A DNA stretch of 64,000 nt from Candidatus Ryanbacteria bacterium RIFCSPHIGHO2_02_FULL_45_17b (GCA_001819815.1 MHNO01000009.1:71734-135733); one strand, 5' to 3'; positions 1 through 9,789 are shown, numbered from the stretch's first letter. Numbers and translations: made by a program. Notes: generated by a model not told the origin, from the letters alone.

Positions 1-287
1 ATTTCATGCTGAAACGGCACCGCGTCTATGCCATAGTGCTCCATCAACGGATGTTTGGTGTTTGCGGCGCGGTGTATATCAAATTCTTTTTTTAATAGTT
101 TATCAACCGCCGAATTCAAATTAAACGGAAACCCGGGTGGCCGCCCCACGCCACGCTTTCTATCAAGATAAAAACACCGCGGACACTCCGTGTATAACTC
201 AATTTTAGAACGCGACAACTTAAAGGGAGTTTTTGATCCGGTAATGTATATGTTTTTTGTGCGCGTTGAGTTGTAGTATTGAGACAT
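1..287 (-). CDS. PD-(D/E)XK (Cas4-like) nuclease family protein, N-terminal part; the gene runs off the left edge of the window
   Basis: Minus-strand frame starting at the ATG at 287 gives MSQYYNSTRTKNIYITGSKTPFKLSRSKIELYTECPRCFYLDRKAW..., with no stop before position 1. The ELYxxCPRxFY motif is the hallmark N-terminus of PD-(D/E)XK/Cas4-like nucleases. It abuts the stop of the 294..1088 gene and replaces the track ORF 116..568. Confidence 0.5.
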   Translation of the reverse strand, partial: MSQYYNSTRTKNIYITGSKTPFKLSRSKIELYTECPRCFYLDRKRGVGRPPGFPFNLNSAVDKLLKKEFDIHRAANTKHPLMEHYGIDAVPFQHE

Positions 288-293
288 AAAAAA

Positions 294-1088
294 TCAAGGT
301 GATGACAATTCCTGTAAGCATCGCCCCACGGCTGCCGTAAGCGTCCATCCACAGTGGCCATCATCCTGACGTTCGCACACAGCTTGTTCATAGCACGCAA
401 ACTCGGACTTGTACTCGCATGTGGTAATAACATCACCATCCGCGCACACCTGCCCATTGCAACCGGTAACCATACAGCCACCGCGTTCTCGGCCTGTTTC
501 AATATCTTCCTCTGCCGATTCTTTTGGCGTATCACGAAAGAGTACAGGGATTTCAATCGCATCATCATGTTCCGGCAACCCTGAAGGATTATCTTTTCGT
601 AATATCAACGTGCCGTAGTTTTTATAGGCAGGCGCTTTGAATGTAAGTGTTGCTTTAAATGGCACAAATTCTTCCGTCATCCACTTACCCTGCGCCTCGG
701 CATACCCTTCGGCAATAATTAACCCGTCCCAATCTACAAGCACAACCGGAAACGATGCTTCAAAATACCAACCGCCGCGGGCTTCTCCGGTAATCGTAAT
801 CGGACTTACAATCTCTTGGTTTGGCTGGGGATCTGAAACCCGAATAAGATTACTTTTATCCTTCTTATTATCAATCTCTTCAGTAAATGTTTGGCCATTA
901 GGAGTCCGACATTGCCGTGGGTATCTTTCCGTTATGGGGTGGCCAGCTTCCATACATTCTTTGAAACTTGTAATGTGGATCGTCTCGCCATTGTTTTCAG
1001 GAAGCCCTATCTTATAGACAACCGCGCCCATGAGTAGCAATACTATAAGACCTAGGAAGAGAAAAAGTCGTTTTAGAGACATGTGCAT
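294..1088 (-). CDS. secreted/membrane-anchored protein with a Gmad2-like Ig domain and a C-terminal Cys-rich domain
   Basis: N-terminal hydrophobic signal (LFLFLGLIVLLLMGAVV). The C-terminus has about 8 Cys in a short span (CMVTGCNGQVCADGD...CEYKSEFACYEQAVCERQDDGHCGW). ATG start. Confidence 0.55.
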   Translation of the reverse strand: MHMSLKRLFLFLGLIVLLLMGAVVYKIGLPENNGETIHITSFKECMEAGHPITERYPRQCRTPNGQTFTEEIDNKKDKSNLIRVSDPQPNQEIVSPITITGEARGGWYFEASFPVVLVDWDGLIIAEGYAEAQGKWMTEEFVPFKATLTFKAPAYKNYGTLILRKDNPSGLPEHDDAIEIPVLFRDTPKESAEEDIETGRERGGCMVTGCNGQVCADGDVITTCEYKSEFACYEQAVCERQDDGHCGWTLTAAVGRCLQELSSP

Positions 1089-1133
1089 GCATACAATTAT
1101 ATCACGGCGCCATAAAAAGAAAAAAGAAGAGGT

Positions 1134-1463
1134 TCAATGCACTCTTCTTGTGTTATTCACCACGAGACGTGGCGGATTTTTGTTTGGGGGTCGAATTTTT
1201 TCAAGCGGACGATTCCGTCGTTCTTTTTTTTGATTCACAGTCGGCTTTGTTTGCTGTCCGCGGTTAAGACCTGCCAAGTAGGTATTTTTAATAAGCAACA
1301 TACATCCTACGGCACAGCCAACCAATAAAACAAAGGTCAAAAAACCGCTGAATACGTAAACAAAACTGCTCAACGAAGCACCCAAGACAACAAAGAAACC
1401 GAAAAGATAAAAAGATACAAGCTCTTCTCGCGCGTAGTCAGATAAACTTTCATTCATAGACAA
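1134..1463 (-). CDS. hypothetical small membrane protein (2 TM, basic C-tail)
   Basis: Two hydrophobic helices followed by a Lys/Arg-rich tail. No recognisable family. Confidence 0.4.
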   Translation of the reverse strand: MSMNESLSDYAREELVSFYLFGFFVVLGASLSSFVYVFSGFLTFVLLVGCAVGCMLLIKNTYLAGLNRGQQTKPTVNQKKERRNRPLEKIRPPNKNPPRLVVNNTRRVH

Positions 1464-1565
1464 CTCCCTCCTGTAAGATCTGATTTAAACGTATACTAAC
1501 AAATAGAAAATTGCAATCAATAGTATCATGCGTTTGGCGACCTGACCGCCATTATAGACAACCGT

Positions 1566-1771
1566 GAATTACGAAACACACCCTCATCCGATGACCGCCA
1601 CACGAATTGATAATGAGTTGAACAAGATGTGTAACGTCTTGCGATGACCAAAATATGAAAAATAATAATAAAGAATTCAATATTGGGTCATCGCAAGACG
1701 TTATATTGTACTTGTGTATGCAAATTGATGGGAGGTCATCAGATGAGAGGAATACATGTGTTTCGTAATTC
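1566..1771. mobile_element. MITE-like inverted-repeat element, copy 1 (full length, with an internal 17-bp-stem hairpin)
   Basis: Terminal inverted repeats GAATTACGAAACACACCCTCATCCGATGACC ... GGTCATCAGATGAGAGGAATACATGTGTTTCGTAATTC. Internal perfect hairpin AACGTCTTGCGATGACC / GGTCATCGCAAGACGTT. Related copies lie at ~48700 and ~27116. The track ORF 1552..1773 lies inside it. Confidence 0.55.
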
Positions 1772-1944
1772 AAAGAGACAAGTAATTCTTAGACATGAAG
1801 AATCGTTTAGCGGAGAAGGTCGTATTGTTTTGTAACACTCAATACGCTACAATAGCCCTATGTACAAAAAGAAAAAAGTTGCGCGCCGAAAGCACGCAAA
1901 ACACAAAGGAAAACAAGTGCGGGTGGCGCACCGGTAAAGTTTCT

Positions 1945-2304
1945 TTACGAGCGTGAAGCCGAGTAATAATTCCGTTCGGAGTTTTTTCGCATCATATGCA
2001 CAACGGAAAGAATAACTCCGAACAGGAACGCCCACCAAAACCCATCCACATAAAACCCGGGAACAATCCACGCGGCAAATTGTATAACGAGCGCGTTTAT
2101 TACCAATAGGAAAAACCCAAACGTGATAACAGTAATGGGAAGCGTAAGAATAATAAGTAATGGCTTTACGGTTGCGTTGGCAAGCCCGATAATAATAGCG
2201 GCGCCAAACGCGGCAAGATACCCCGCAACGGATACTCCGGGCAACACATAGGCAAGCACAAAAATAACAGCCGCGCTTATAATCCAATCAAAAAGAAATT
2301 TCAT
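1945..2304 (-). CDS. DUF360 / phage-holin-4-like (YvlD-type) 4-TM membrane protein
   Basis: MKFLFDWIISAAVIFVLAYVLPGV...VINALVIQFAAWIVPGFYVDGFWWAFLFGVILSV is typical of the family. Start set at the internal Met (ATG at 2304). Confidence 0.6.
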   Translation of the reverse strand: MKFLFDWIISAAVIFVLAYVLPGVSVAGYLAAFGAAIIIGLANATVKPLLIILTLPITVITFGFFLLVINALVIQFAAWIVPGFYVDGFWWAFLFGVILSVVHMMRKNSERNYYSASRS

Positions 2305-2476
2305 ATTTCTATTATAATCTATTTTTTGGGCTTGTCGAGAATAAACGCGCAATCGTAATACTCATTAAAAAAGGGCGGAGAATATATCCTCCACTGAAAC
2401 CGCGTATGGTATAAAGACAGTATAACAAAAACTCCGCACATTGTGCAGAGTCATTGTTTGCAGTAACTATCAATAC

Positions 2477-2650
2477 CTACTGGCTATTTTCATCAAGGGT
2501 ATCGCTATCATCATTCTTTTTGTGCGCCGACATATCACCGCAACCACACTCTTCAAATGCTTCACCCTTATGCGTACAGCCTTCCGCAGAACAGGTATCT
2601 GACTGCTCTGAAACAGCTCCACATGTCCCTTTACATACATGATGCTCCAT
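2477..2650 (-). CDS. small Cys-rich protein (57 aa), below the size cutoff of the ORF track
   Basis: MEHHVCKGTCGAVSEQSDTCSAEGCTHKGEAFEECGCGDMSAHKKNDDSDTLDENSQ, with 8 Cys in CxxxC/CxC spacing. Lies directly downstream of the DUF378 gene on the same strand. Confidence 0.3.
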   Translation of the reverse strand: MEHHVCKGTCGAVSEQSDTCSAEGCTHKGEAFEECGCGDMSAHKKNDDSDTLDENSQ

Positions 2651-2676
2651 AAAAAATACATCTTAAGAATAATCTA

Positions 2677-2913
2677 TCAACGTGGCATGGTTGTAGGACT
2701 CCCTCCAGAACAGTTACGACAATCATTCTTATGCGTTACAACCAGCATAATTGCGGAAAGTCCTACAAGAATGTAAATAACCCTTGAGACAAGCGCATCC
2801 ATGCCACCAAAAAGTTTTCCAATATCCCAACCCGCAACACCTACCAACAACCAATTAAGACCACCCACCACCAAGAGAATAAATGCTACTGTGTGTAATG
2901 CTTTCATATACAT
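2677..2913 (-). CDS. DUF378 family membrane protein
   Basis: GGLNWLLVGVAGWDIGKLFGG...ILVGLSAIMLV matches the characteristic DUF378 two-helix signature. Confidence 0.6.
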   Translation of the reverse strand: MYMKALHTVAFILLVVGGLNWLLVGVAGWDIGKLFGGMDALVSRVIYILVGLSAIMLVVTHKNDCRNCSGGSPTTMPR

Positions 2914-3056
2914 ATAAAATTAAAAAATAAAGAGCAATTTTGACAAATCGACCTTTTGCAAATTACATAGACTTTGCTATTATACAACAGGCTAGACGGC
3001 GATTTCTAAAAGGTTATCCACACGTAGTAATATAAGCTTCTAACTTCTAAACATAT

Positions 3057-3290
3057 ATGAAAAAAGTAGCAATCTATACAACACCTACCTGCGTATATTG
3101 CAAAATGGCAAAGGAGCTTTTCGGAGAACACGGCATTGAATACACAGAATACAACGTTGCTCAAGATGCCGAAAAGCGAAATGAATTGATAGAGCGCACC
3201 GGGCAAATGGGTGTGCCGGTAATCACCATAGACAATGAAGTTGTTATCGGCTTTGATGAAGAGAAGCTTCGAGTACTCCTCGGTATCTAA
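3057..3290 (+). CDS. glutaredoxin-like protein (NrdH/Grx family)
   Basis: 77 aa with a CVYC active-site CxxC motif near the N-terminus and a thioredoxin-fold pattern (VAIYTTPTCVYCKMAKELF...GVPVITID). Confidence 0.8.
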   Translation: MKKVAIYTTPTCVYCKMAKELFGEHGIEYTEYNVAQDAEKRNELIERTGQMGVPVITIDNEVVIGFDEEKLRVLLGI

Positions 3291-3353
3291 AAATATAAGT
3301 ATACCCGCGTTGCTAACAGCATATCCACATACCTCTCTTGTTCTTTAACGTTT

Positions 3354-3382
3354 TAAGAGCCAATGTGTGTTGGCTTTTTTTA
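3354..3382. terminator. intrinsic terminator between the convergent glutaredoxin and rarA genes
   Basis: GCCAA-TGTGTG-TTGGC hairpin followed by TTTTTTT. Confidence 0.5.
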
Positions 3383-4507
3383 TAATAAATACTTTTTGTC
3401 TTTCAGTTTTTCCGGCAAATAGCTTTCCTTGTCATATGTTTCGTATCCTTTGCCATAATCCAAATCCTTCATCAATTTGGTAGGCGCGTTTCGAATTTTG
3501 AGCGGCACTGGCAAATTACCATGCATCTTTACATCCGCCATCGCGGCCATGAGGCCGTCATACGCGCGGCGATCTTTTTTTTGCGCGCATAAATACGCGA
3601 CACCATGCGCGAGGTTAATGGCGCACTCGGGGTAGCCAATGGTTTCTACTGCCCGAAATACATCATTTGCAACCACAAGCGCGGTGGAGTTCGCAAGTCC
3701 TATGTCCTCACTTGCGAATATAACCATGCGCCGCGCAATGAATTTGGGATCTTCCCCCGCATCCACCATGCGCGCCAAGTAATACAATGCCGCGTCTGCC
3801 TGCCCCGCGCGCATGCTTTTTATAAACGCGGAGATAACAGTATAATGTTCTTCGCCTTTTTTGTCATAGCGCAAATGTTTTGATTGGAGTGTTTCCTTGA
3901 GAGTTGATACGGTTACAGCGCCATATAATTTTTCTGTGTTCTCAAGCATGGTAATTGCTTGGCGCGCGTCTCCATTTGCCATTTGTATAAGCCACTCGCG
4001 AGCGGCTGCGGAAATATTCATGTTTGTTCTATCAATTACGCGCGCCATTTCATCACAAGACAATTCATTGAGCACAAATACACGACATCGTGAAAGCAAC
4101 GGAGCTATTACCTCAAAACTGGGATTTTCCGTAGTAGCGCCAATGAGCGTAAGAGCGCCTGACTCCACATGCGGCAATAAATAATCCTGTTGCGCCTTAT
4201 TGAAACGGTGAATTTCATCCAAAAATAATATTTTTGGTTTACCGAGGCTTCCGATAGCAACTATTTTTCTCACATCATCTTTTCCGGCGGAGACCGCTGA
4301 TAATTCATACAACTCGGCAGAGAGCGCTTTTGCATAAATTTTCGCAAGTGTGGTTTTTCCCACACCGGGCGGACCCCACAAAATAAACGAAAAGAGATGC
4401 TGTTGTTCCATGGCAACGCGGAGAGGTTTTCCCTCGCCAACCAAATGATCCTGCCCCACAAACTCATCGAGCGTTTGCGGACGTATTTTTGACGCAAGCG
4501 GTTCCAT
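3380..4507 (-). CDS. rarA: replication-associated recombination protein A (AAA+ ATPase)
   Basis: Walker A GPPGVGKTT, AAA+ lid, MgsA C-terminal domain. Full length, 375 aa. Confidence 0.9.
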   Translation of the reverse strand: MEPLASKIRPQTLDEFVGQDHLVGEGKPLRVAMEQQHLFSFILWGPPGVGKTTLAKIYAKALSAELYELSAVSAGKDDVRKIVAIGSLGKPKILFLDEIHRFNKAQQDYLLPHVESGALTLIGATTENPSFEVIAPLLSRCRVFVLNELSCDEMARVIDRTNMNISAAAREWLIQMANGDARQAITMLENTEKLYGAVTVSTLKETLQSKHLRYDKKGEEHYTVISAFIKSMRAGQADAALYYLARMVDAGEDPKFIARRMVIFASEDIGLANSTALVVANDVFRAVETIGYPECAINLAHGVAYLCAQKKDRRAYDGLMAAMADVKMHGNLPVPLKIRNAPTKLMKDLDYGKGYETYDKESYLPEKLKDKKYLL

Positions 4508-4518
4508 AAAAACTTACC

Positions 4519-6168
4519 TCAAGATTTCGTCTCTATATACCCCAACATGTTTTCAAGGGAAACATCAAGCTTTTTCCCCGGATTAAAAATACCATTGGGG
4601 TCAAAAATGCGCTTTGTTTGTTGAAACAATCCATACATGTCTTTGCCAAACATATCTTCTACATAAGCTCCGCGTATCAAACCATCATTATGCTCCCCGC
4701 TAATAGAACCATGATATGCAAACACAAGATCATACACGCGCCGCGCCACCTCGCGTATGGTTTGCTTCATGCGCTTATTTTTCGGATCCATGAGCGGTAT
4801 CACATGAAAGTTTCCATCACCCATGTGCCCCGCAATCGTATAAATTAAATCATCATATTCATCTATAATCTGTTTCAACTTGGGGAGAAATTCCGATACC
4901 TGTTCCGGCGGAACAACCACATCATCTATAAAAGGAGCCGCGCGTAATCCTCGAACACGTCTCCGTAATAAATTGAAACTCTCCCGGCGCATAACCCAAT
5001 ATTTTTCCGCTTCCGCGTTGGTACGCGCAATTTTACTGCGTAACCCTGAAACCATATGGATATCCTTTTCTGCTTTCTCTGCCATGAGGCGCGCTTCCTT
5101 CTCGGTCTTTGCTGTAAATTCCACAAGAAGCACCAATTTGGGAACACCTCCTGTAAGCACCATCCACATCTCGGGCAAAAATGAGACGGCAAGTTTAAAA
5201 AAGGTACTCTTCAAGCGCGCAGCAAACTCCGGAAAAAACTGTATGGCAACCCGAAACGTATGGTCATCATATGATTCAAAACTCTCCGGCTTATGACGCA
5301 TTATACGTTTAATCACCCTTCCCAAATTGTTCATGTCATCAAGAAAGAGCACTAAAAGCGCTGAATGCGGATTCGGACGCACCAGCTGAAACGTGACATC
5401 CGTAATAATACCAAGCGTTCCCTGGGAACCCACAATAACTTTAGTCAGATCAAAAACACCGCGGTTTTCATCAAACACGTCCCATAAATTGTACCCTGAT
5501 GAATTTTTTGAAACAGCGGGGCGCGCTTTTTCAATAATCGCGCGATGAGAAATAATCAATTCACGCATCCGCCGATATATATCTCCTTCAATCCCATCCT
5601 CTTGCATTTTCCGCTTCCATTCCTCTTTATGCAACGGTTTAAACACATGAGGTTTTCCATCGCCCAGCACCATGGTTATTTTTTTGACATACCGTTCCGT
5701 TTTTCCATACTTGAGATTTTTCTCCCCGCCTGCGTTGTTTGCCACCATCCCTCCGATGGCGCAAATTTCACGAGATGCCGGATAACTCGGCAATATCAAT
5801 CCATGTTTTTTTGTCTCGGCATCAAAATCACGATAATACATACCCGGCTCAACAACTGCGTACTCCCCCGCAAACCCTTTCAGGCGATTCATGTACCGCG
5901 CGAATACTAACACGATAGACTGGGAAAGCGGACCACCTGTCATATCCGTACCGCCAGAACGAGCCGTAAGTGATATCGATGCTCCTCCTTGTTTTTTCTT
6001 CGCGACAAAGGAGACCAGATTACATACATCCGCCACGCCTTTCGGAAACACAACAATTTCTGGTTTTATGCGGAATAAACTAGCATCTCTGCTATATTCA
6101 TCACGCACTTTCGGAGATGTTTCCACATCACCTTCAAAAAAAGAACGTATTTCTCCTGCAAGATTCAT
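4519..6168 (-). CDS. FAD-linked oxidase (PCMH-type FAD-binding domain; GlcD/D-lactate dehydrogenase-like)
   Basis: GGTDMTGG FAD-binding motif and a long C-terminal oxidase domain. Start taken at MNLAGEIRSFF (internal ATG at 6168). Confidence 0.75.
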   Translation of the reverse strand: MNLAGEIRSFFEGDVETSPKVRDEYSRDASLFRIKPEIVVFPKGVADVCNLVSFVAKKKQGGASISLTARSGGTDMTGGPLSQSIVLVFARYMNRLKGFAGEYAVVEPGMYYRDFDAETKKHGLILPSYPASREICAIGGMVANNAGGEKNLKYGKTERYVKKITMVLGDGKPHVFKPLHKEEWKRKMQEDGIEGDIYRRMRELIISHRAIIEKARPAVSKNSSGYNLWDVFDENRGVFDLTKVIVGSQGTLGIITDVTFQLVRPNPHSALLVLFLDDMNNLGRVIKRIMRHKPESFESYDDHTFRVAIQFFPEFAARLKSTFFKLAVSFLPEMWMVLTGGVPKLVLLVEFTAKTEKEARLMAEKAEKDIHMVSGLRSKIARTNAEAEKYWVMRRESFNLLRRRVRGLRAAPFIDDVVVPPEQVSEFLPKLKQIIDEYDDLIYTIAGHMGDGNFHVIPLMDPKNKRMKQTIREVARRVYDLVFAYHGSISGEHNDGLIRGAYVEDMFGKDMYGLFQQTKRIFDPNGIFNPGKKLDVSLENMLGYIETKS

Positions 6169-6266
6169 AAAGAAATTATAACACGACGAATATAATTGAC
6201 ATAAGAACGACAGAGATATGTTTTCGACGGTTTTCCTGCTCAAGGTTTACGAGGAGACGGGCAGAA

Positions 6267-6950
6267 TCACTCAATGGTTTGCTGTTCTATGGAAATGATT
6301 TTTCCATCGTCAAACTTTACAACTCTATCCGCGCGTTTTGCGTATTGAATTTCGTGCGTAACCATAATAATAGTCTGACCTTCTTTGTGCAGTCTCTTAA
6401 AAATATCCATGATAAGCGCGGATGACTCGTTGTCCAGGTTCGCGGTCGGCTCATCCGCAAACAATACCTTGGGATTATGCGCAATCGCACGCGCAATAGA
6501 TACCCGTTGTTGCTCCCCGCCCGATAGCTGGCTCGGTAAGTTGTATAAGCGATGGCCAAGACCCATTTTGGTAAGCGCATCATCCGCTTTTTTGTATGCT
6601 TCTATGGAAATAAGGTTTTGCATCAAAAGAGGTAACGCTACATTTTCAATAGCTGTAAGATCCGGTAACAAGGCATAATCTTGGAATACGTATCCAAACT
6701 TTTGTAGACGAAATATAACCTCTTCTGCATCAGTCATCTCGCGCGTGCTATGGCCATCCACCAACACATCACCGGAAGTTGGTTCATCAAGCAAACTCAT
6801 TTGATATAAAAAAGTGCTTTTCCCTGCACCTGAGCGCCCCATGATGGCAATAAACTCTCCATCGCTCACGGCAAAATCAATGCCTTTCAATACACGGGTT
6901 TCCACACTCCCGTTCTTAAATGTTTTTACTAATTTTTTTACTTCAATCAT
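6267..6950 (-). CDS. ABC transporter ATP-binding protein (MacB/LolD/FtsE-like)
   Basis: Walker [10 protein letters not shown], signature [14 protein letters not shown], Walker B LFADEPT. Start at MIEVKKL. Confidence 0.85.
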   Translation of the reverse strand: MIEVKKLVKTFKNGSVETRVLKGIDFAVSDGEFIAIMGRSGAGKSTFLYQMSLLDEPTSGDVLVDGHSTREMTDAEEVIFRLQKFGYVFQDYALLPDLTAIENVALPLLMQNLISIEAYKKADDALTKMGLGHRLYNLPSQLSGGEQQRVSIARAIAHNPKVLFADEPTANLDNESSALIMDIFKRLHKEGQTIIMVTHEIQYAKRADRVVKFDDGKIISIEQQTIE

Positions 6951-7061
6951 GGAATTATGTGCAAGTAAAATTCTGAAACATGCAGGGGAAAAGTCCTCGG
7001 TTCTCCTTCGCTTCGCTCGGCCAGACTTTTCTCGTGCATGTTTCAAAATTTTCACATAGGC

Positions 7062-8315
7062 TTAATTTCTTCCCAATATAGAATCAAGTGTGTTCTTTCG
7101 AATAATCATCCACGCGGGAATATAACCGGCAATAATAGTAGAAAACACCAACAACCCGACACGAAAAAGTGTTTCGTCCACGGGCGCTACCAAAATGCCG
7201 TCGCTAAAAGGAAAATCTATGGGGTGCTCATCAATAAACGGAACAAGAAAACCATATACCAAAAGAAGTCCAATAGCCGAACCAAGCAAAGCGTAAAACG
7301 CCGATTGAAACACATATGACATCCGAATAGCGCTGCCATCAATGCCGATACCTTTCATAATGCCAATATATTTTCGCCGCGTAATGGCATTAATAAACAC
7401 CACAATAAAAATCGTAATGGATGCGACCACGAGACCCATGGAACTAAACACGGTTCCCAACATGTTAAACGTATTAATAATATCTTTCAAAAATTGCGGT
7501 TGGGCGTCCACATACGTTTGCACTTTTGCGTATCCATCAACTCCGCTTTGCTTTAATTTGTCACGCACGAGCGCGGGATCCGTTCCCGGACGTAAAAGTA
7601 CCGAAATTTGCGCCACATTGCCATCGTTCCGTCCGATCATGCTTCGAAATTGCGAGTCAACCATAAACATATTTCGGGTAAGCGCGTCTACTTTACTCTT
7701 TATAATGCCTTTCACCGTAACCTCGCGCGTAACGTCCCCTACGGTAATACGAATTTTACTCCCTACACCCACATTATCCAGCGCGGCAAAATTAGGATCA
7801 TCTACCGGTACGTACTGACTTAATAAAAACTGCCCGATAATGACCTGATCATAATCGGTTGGCAATAGATAATCACCCTCCGTTACCGATTCAGATAAAT
7901 GCGTAACCGCATCTTCCTGCGCTGGGTCAATGCCAAAAATTTGCGCGTTTGCGGTATTGCGTTTTTCTGTTTCTTTTCGTGTTTTATAATTCGCTTCAAG
8001 CACCGCTCCACTACCGTATCGTCCGGAAACTGCTTGTACTTCTGGAAAACTCCTCATAAGCGCTAGCAGGTTGGGGCTATTTTCAATATATTGTTTATCA
8101 TCGGGCGCCGATATAATAACATCACTTGTAAACTCAAAACGAGCCTGATCAACCGCGCCCTGAATTAACCCGACCAAAATACCGCTTACTACCACCAAGT
8201 TAAGAAATGTAAGCACCATGACAAAAATAATGAGACTGGTTGTCCAAATACTTGCCCTATGTACCTGCCGTATCGCGAGAAAAAATCCAATACGGATAGT
8301 AAGAAAAGATGCCAT
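7062..8315 (-). CDS. ABC transporter permease, FtsX/MacB-type
   Basis: N-terminal TM helix, a large extracytoplasmic domain, and C-terminal FtsX-type TM helices. Confidence 0.8.
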   Translation of the reverse strand: MASFLTIRIGFFLAIRQVHRASIWTTSLIIFVMVLTFLNLVVVSGILVGLIQGAVDQARFEFTSDVIISAPDDKQYIENSPNLLALMRSFPEVQAVSGRYGSGAVLEANYKTRKETEKRNTANAQIFGIDPAQEDAVTHLSESVTEGDYLLPTDYDQVIIGQFLLSQYVPVDDPNFAALDNVGVGSKIRITVGDVTREVTVKGIIKSKVDALTRNMFMVDSQFRSMIGRNDGNVAQISVLLRPGTDPALVRDKLKQSGVDGYAKVQTYVDAQPQFLKDIINTFNMLGTVFSSMGLVVASITIFIVVFINAITRRKYIGIMKGIGIDGSAIRMSYVFQSAFYALLGSAIGLLLVYGFLVPFIDEHPIDFPFSDGILVAPVDETLFRVGLLVFSTIIAGYIPAWMIIRKNTLDSILGRN

Positions 8316-8316
8316 G

Positions 8317-9789
8317 TTATTCTTCTGCCATTTTCAATACCACCCTATCTCCTGAAGATAAACCGGAAATAATTTCCACAAATCCAAGCGATGAAACCAT
8401 GCCGGTAGTAACTTTTCGTTCTTCTAATACGTCACCTTTCTTCACAGACACATATGTTGCGCCGCCGCGATTGGTTACCACGCCCTGCGGAACACTGATA
8501 ACCCCTGATTTTTGTCTCGTGGTAACAGTAATATTTGAGGTCATTCCTGTTTTTATACGCGGATCCTGTTGAGTAAATTGAAGCACGGCGCGATATGTTG
8601 AAATACCGTCACGAATGGTTTCCCCCGGGTCAATAGAAACAACCGTAGCAAAAAATACTATGTCCGCGCCATAAGCGTCGAGCACCGCTTCCGCTGGATT
8701 CCCCGCGGCAAGAAGCGCTACATGAATTTCTGGCACATAACTTTCTATCTGAAGCGTCTCACGACTTATTAAAGAAACAAGCGCCGAACCCGATAACACG
8801 CTCTCTCCCGCTCGTACATCCGCTTTTGTTATTACTCCTGAAAATGGAGCGCGTATGATGGTTTTTGCAAGCTGTGCTTGCGCTTGGGTCACTTCAGCTT
8901 GGGCAGATCGCACCCGCGCCGCTTGAGCATTTGTATCCGCCCCTGAAGCACCCGCTTTCTCAAGCGCAAGACTGCGTATATCTTTTTTTAATGTGGCGGC
9001 GGCGCTCTGTTGAGTTGTGACCGCGCTAGTCAGCGTAGAAACAGAGGTATTTATGGTGGTGCGAGCCGTCACGATAGCACTTTTCCAATCATTAATATTC
9101 GCTCTGCTCACAGATGAACTTGTCACCGCTTTGCTCAAAGCACTATCAGCATCCGCAAGCAAAACACTTACTTGCTTCAAATCATTTTGGGCAAATGCCA
9201 CCATCTGAGATACATTATTCTCAGTGATAAGAGCTATGTTGCGTTCCTTCCACTCCACAAGCACTCCTTCTATAGCCACACGCTCAGACGTAAGCGTTGT
9301 TTCCAATTGCGCGTCCGGCAGTAAAAACACAAGACTCGTGCCTGATGTTTGGGAATATGACATAAACTGATCAATTTTGTTCCGTATTGCGTCATCCGCT
9401 TTTGTATACGCGTCGCGTAAGGCGTTTTCCACGGCTTGGCGCGCTTGATCGAGCGCAATCCCATCGCTTTCTATGGATGCTTCAAGCACCGCGATTTCTT
9501 CCGGCCGCGATCCTTCTTGCAAAGAATCCAACTCCGCGCGCGCAGTCTCAACCGCCGCTTTTTTTTGAAGTACCTGCGCGTACAAATCATCATTTTCAAG
9601 CTCAGCAAGCACCGCTCCAGCCACCACATCATCACCAACTTTTGCATACATATGCCCGAGGCGTCCTGTCTGGGCAAACCCCAAATCCACACTATCTGCC
9701 GCGACAACCGTGCCAGCCAGGGCTACCTGCTGAATAAAGTCACCGGGCTCCACCACAAGCGTCTCATAGCCATTACTTTTTTCTTTCAA
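8317..9789 (-). CDS. HlyD-family periplasmic adaptor subunit (MacA-like)
   Basis: Long coiled-coil (LDSLQEG...AQAEVTQAQAQL) and a C-terminal beta-barrel. Forms an operon with the permease and ATPase. The true start is probably upstream (see finding). Confidence 0.75.
   Translation of the reverse strand: MKEKSNGYETLVVEPGDFIQQVALAGTVVAADSVDLGFAQTGRLGHMYAKVGDDVVAGAVLAELENDDLYAQVLQKKAAVETARAELDSLQEGSRPEEIAVLEASIESDGIALDQARQAVENALRDAYTKADDAIRNKIDQFMSYSQTSGTSLVFLLPDAQLETTLTSERVAIEGVLVEWKERNIALITENNVSQMVAFAQNDLKQVSVLLADADSALSKAVTSSSVSRANINDWKSAIVTARTTINTSVSTLTSAVTTQQSAAATLKKDIRSLALEKAGASGADTNAQAARVRSAQAEVTQAQAQLAKTIIRAPFSGVITKADVRAGESVLSGSALVSLISRETLQIESYVPEIHVALLAAGNPAEAVLDAYGADIVFFATVVSIDPGETIRDGISTYRAVLQFTQQDPRIKTGMTSNITVTTRQKSGVISVPQGVVTNRGGATYVSVKKGDVLEERKVTTGMVSSLGFVEIISGLSSGDRVVLKMAEE

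Noticed and set aside
116-568. 150-aa minus-strand ORF from the track
   Set aside because: It overlaps the 3' end of the well-supported 294..1088 gene and the nuclease-like frame starting at 287. Its composition is Arg/Cys-rich and unprotein-like. Most likely a spurious frame.
1552-1773. 73-aa ORF MNYETHVFLSSDDLPSIC...
   Set aside because: It lies entirely within the MITE-like inverted-repeat element. The same peptide fragments recur wherever the element occurs, so it is an artefact of the repeat, not a gene.
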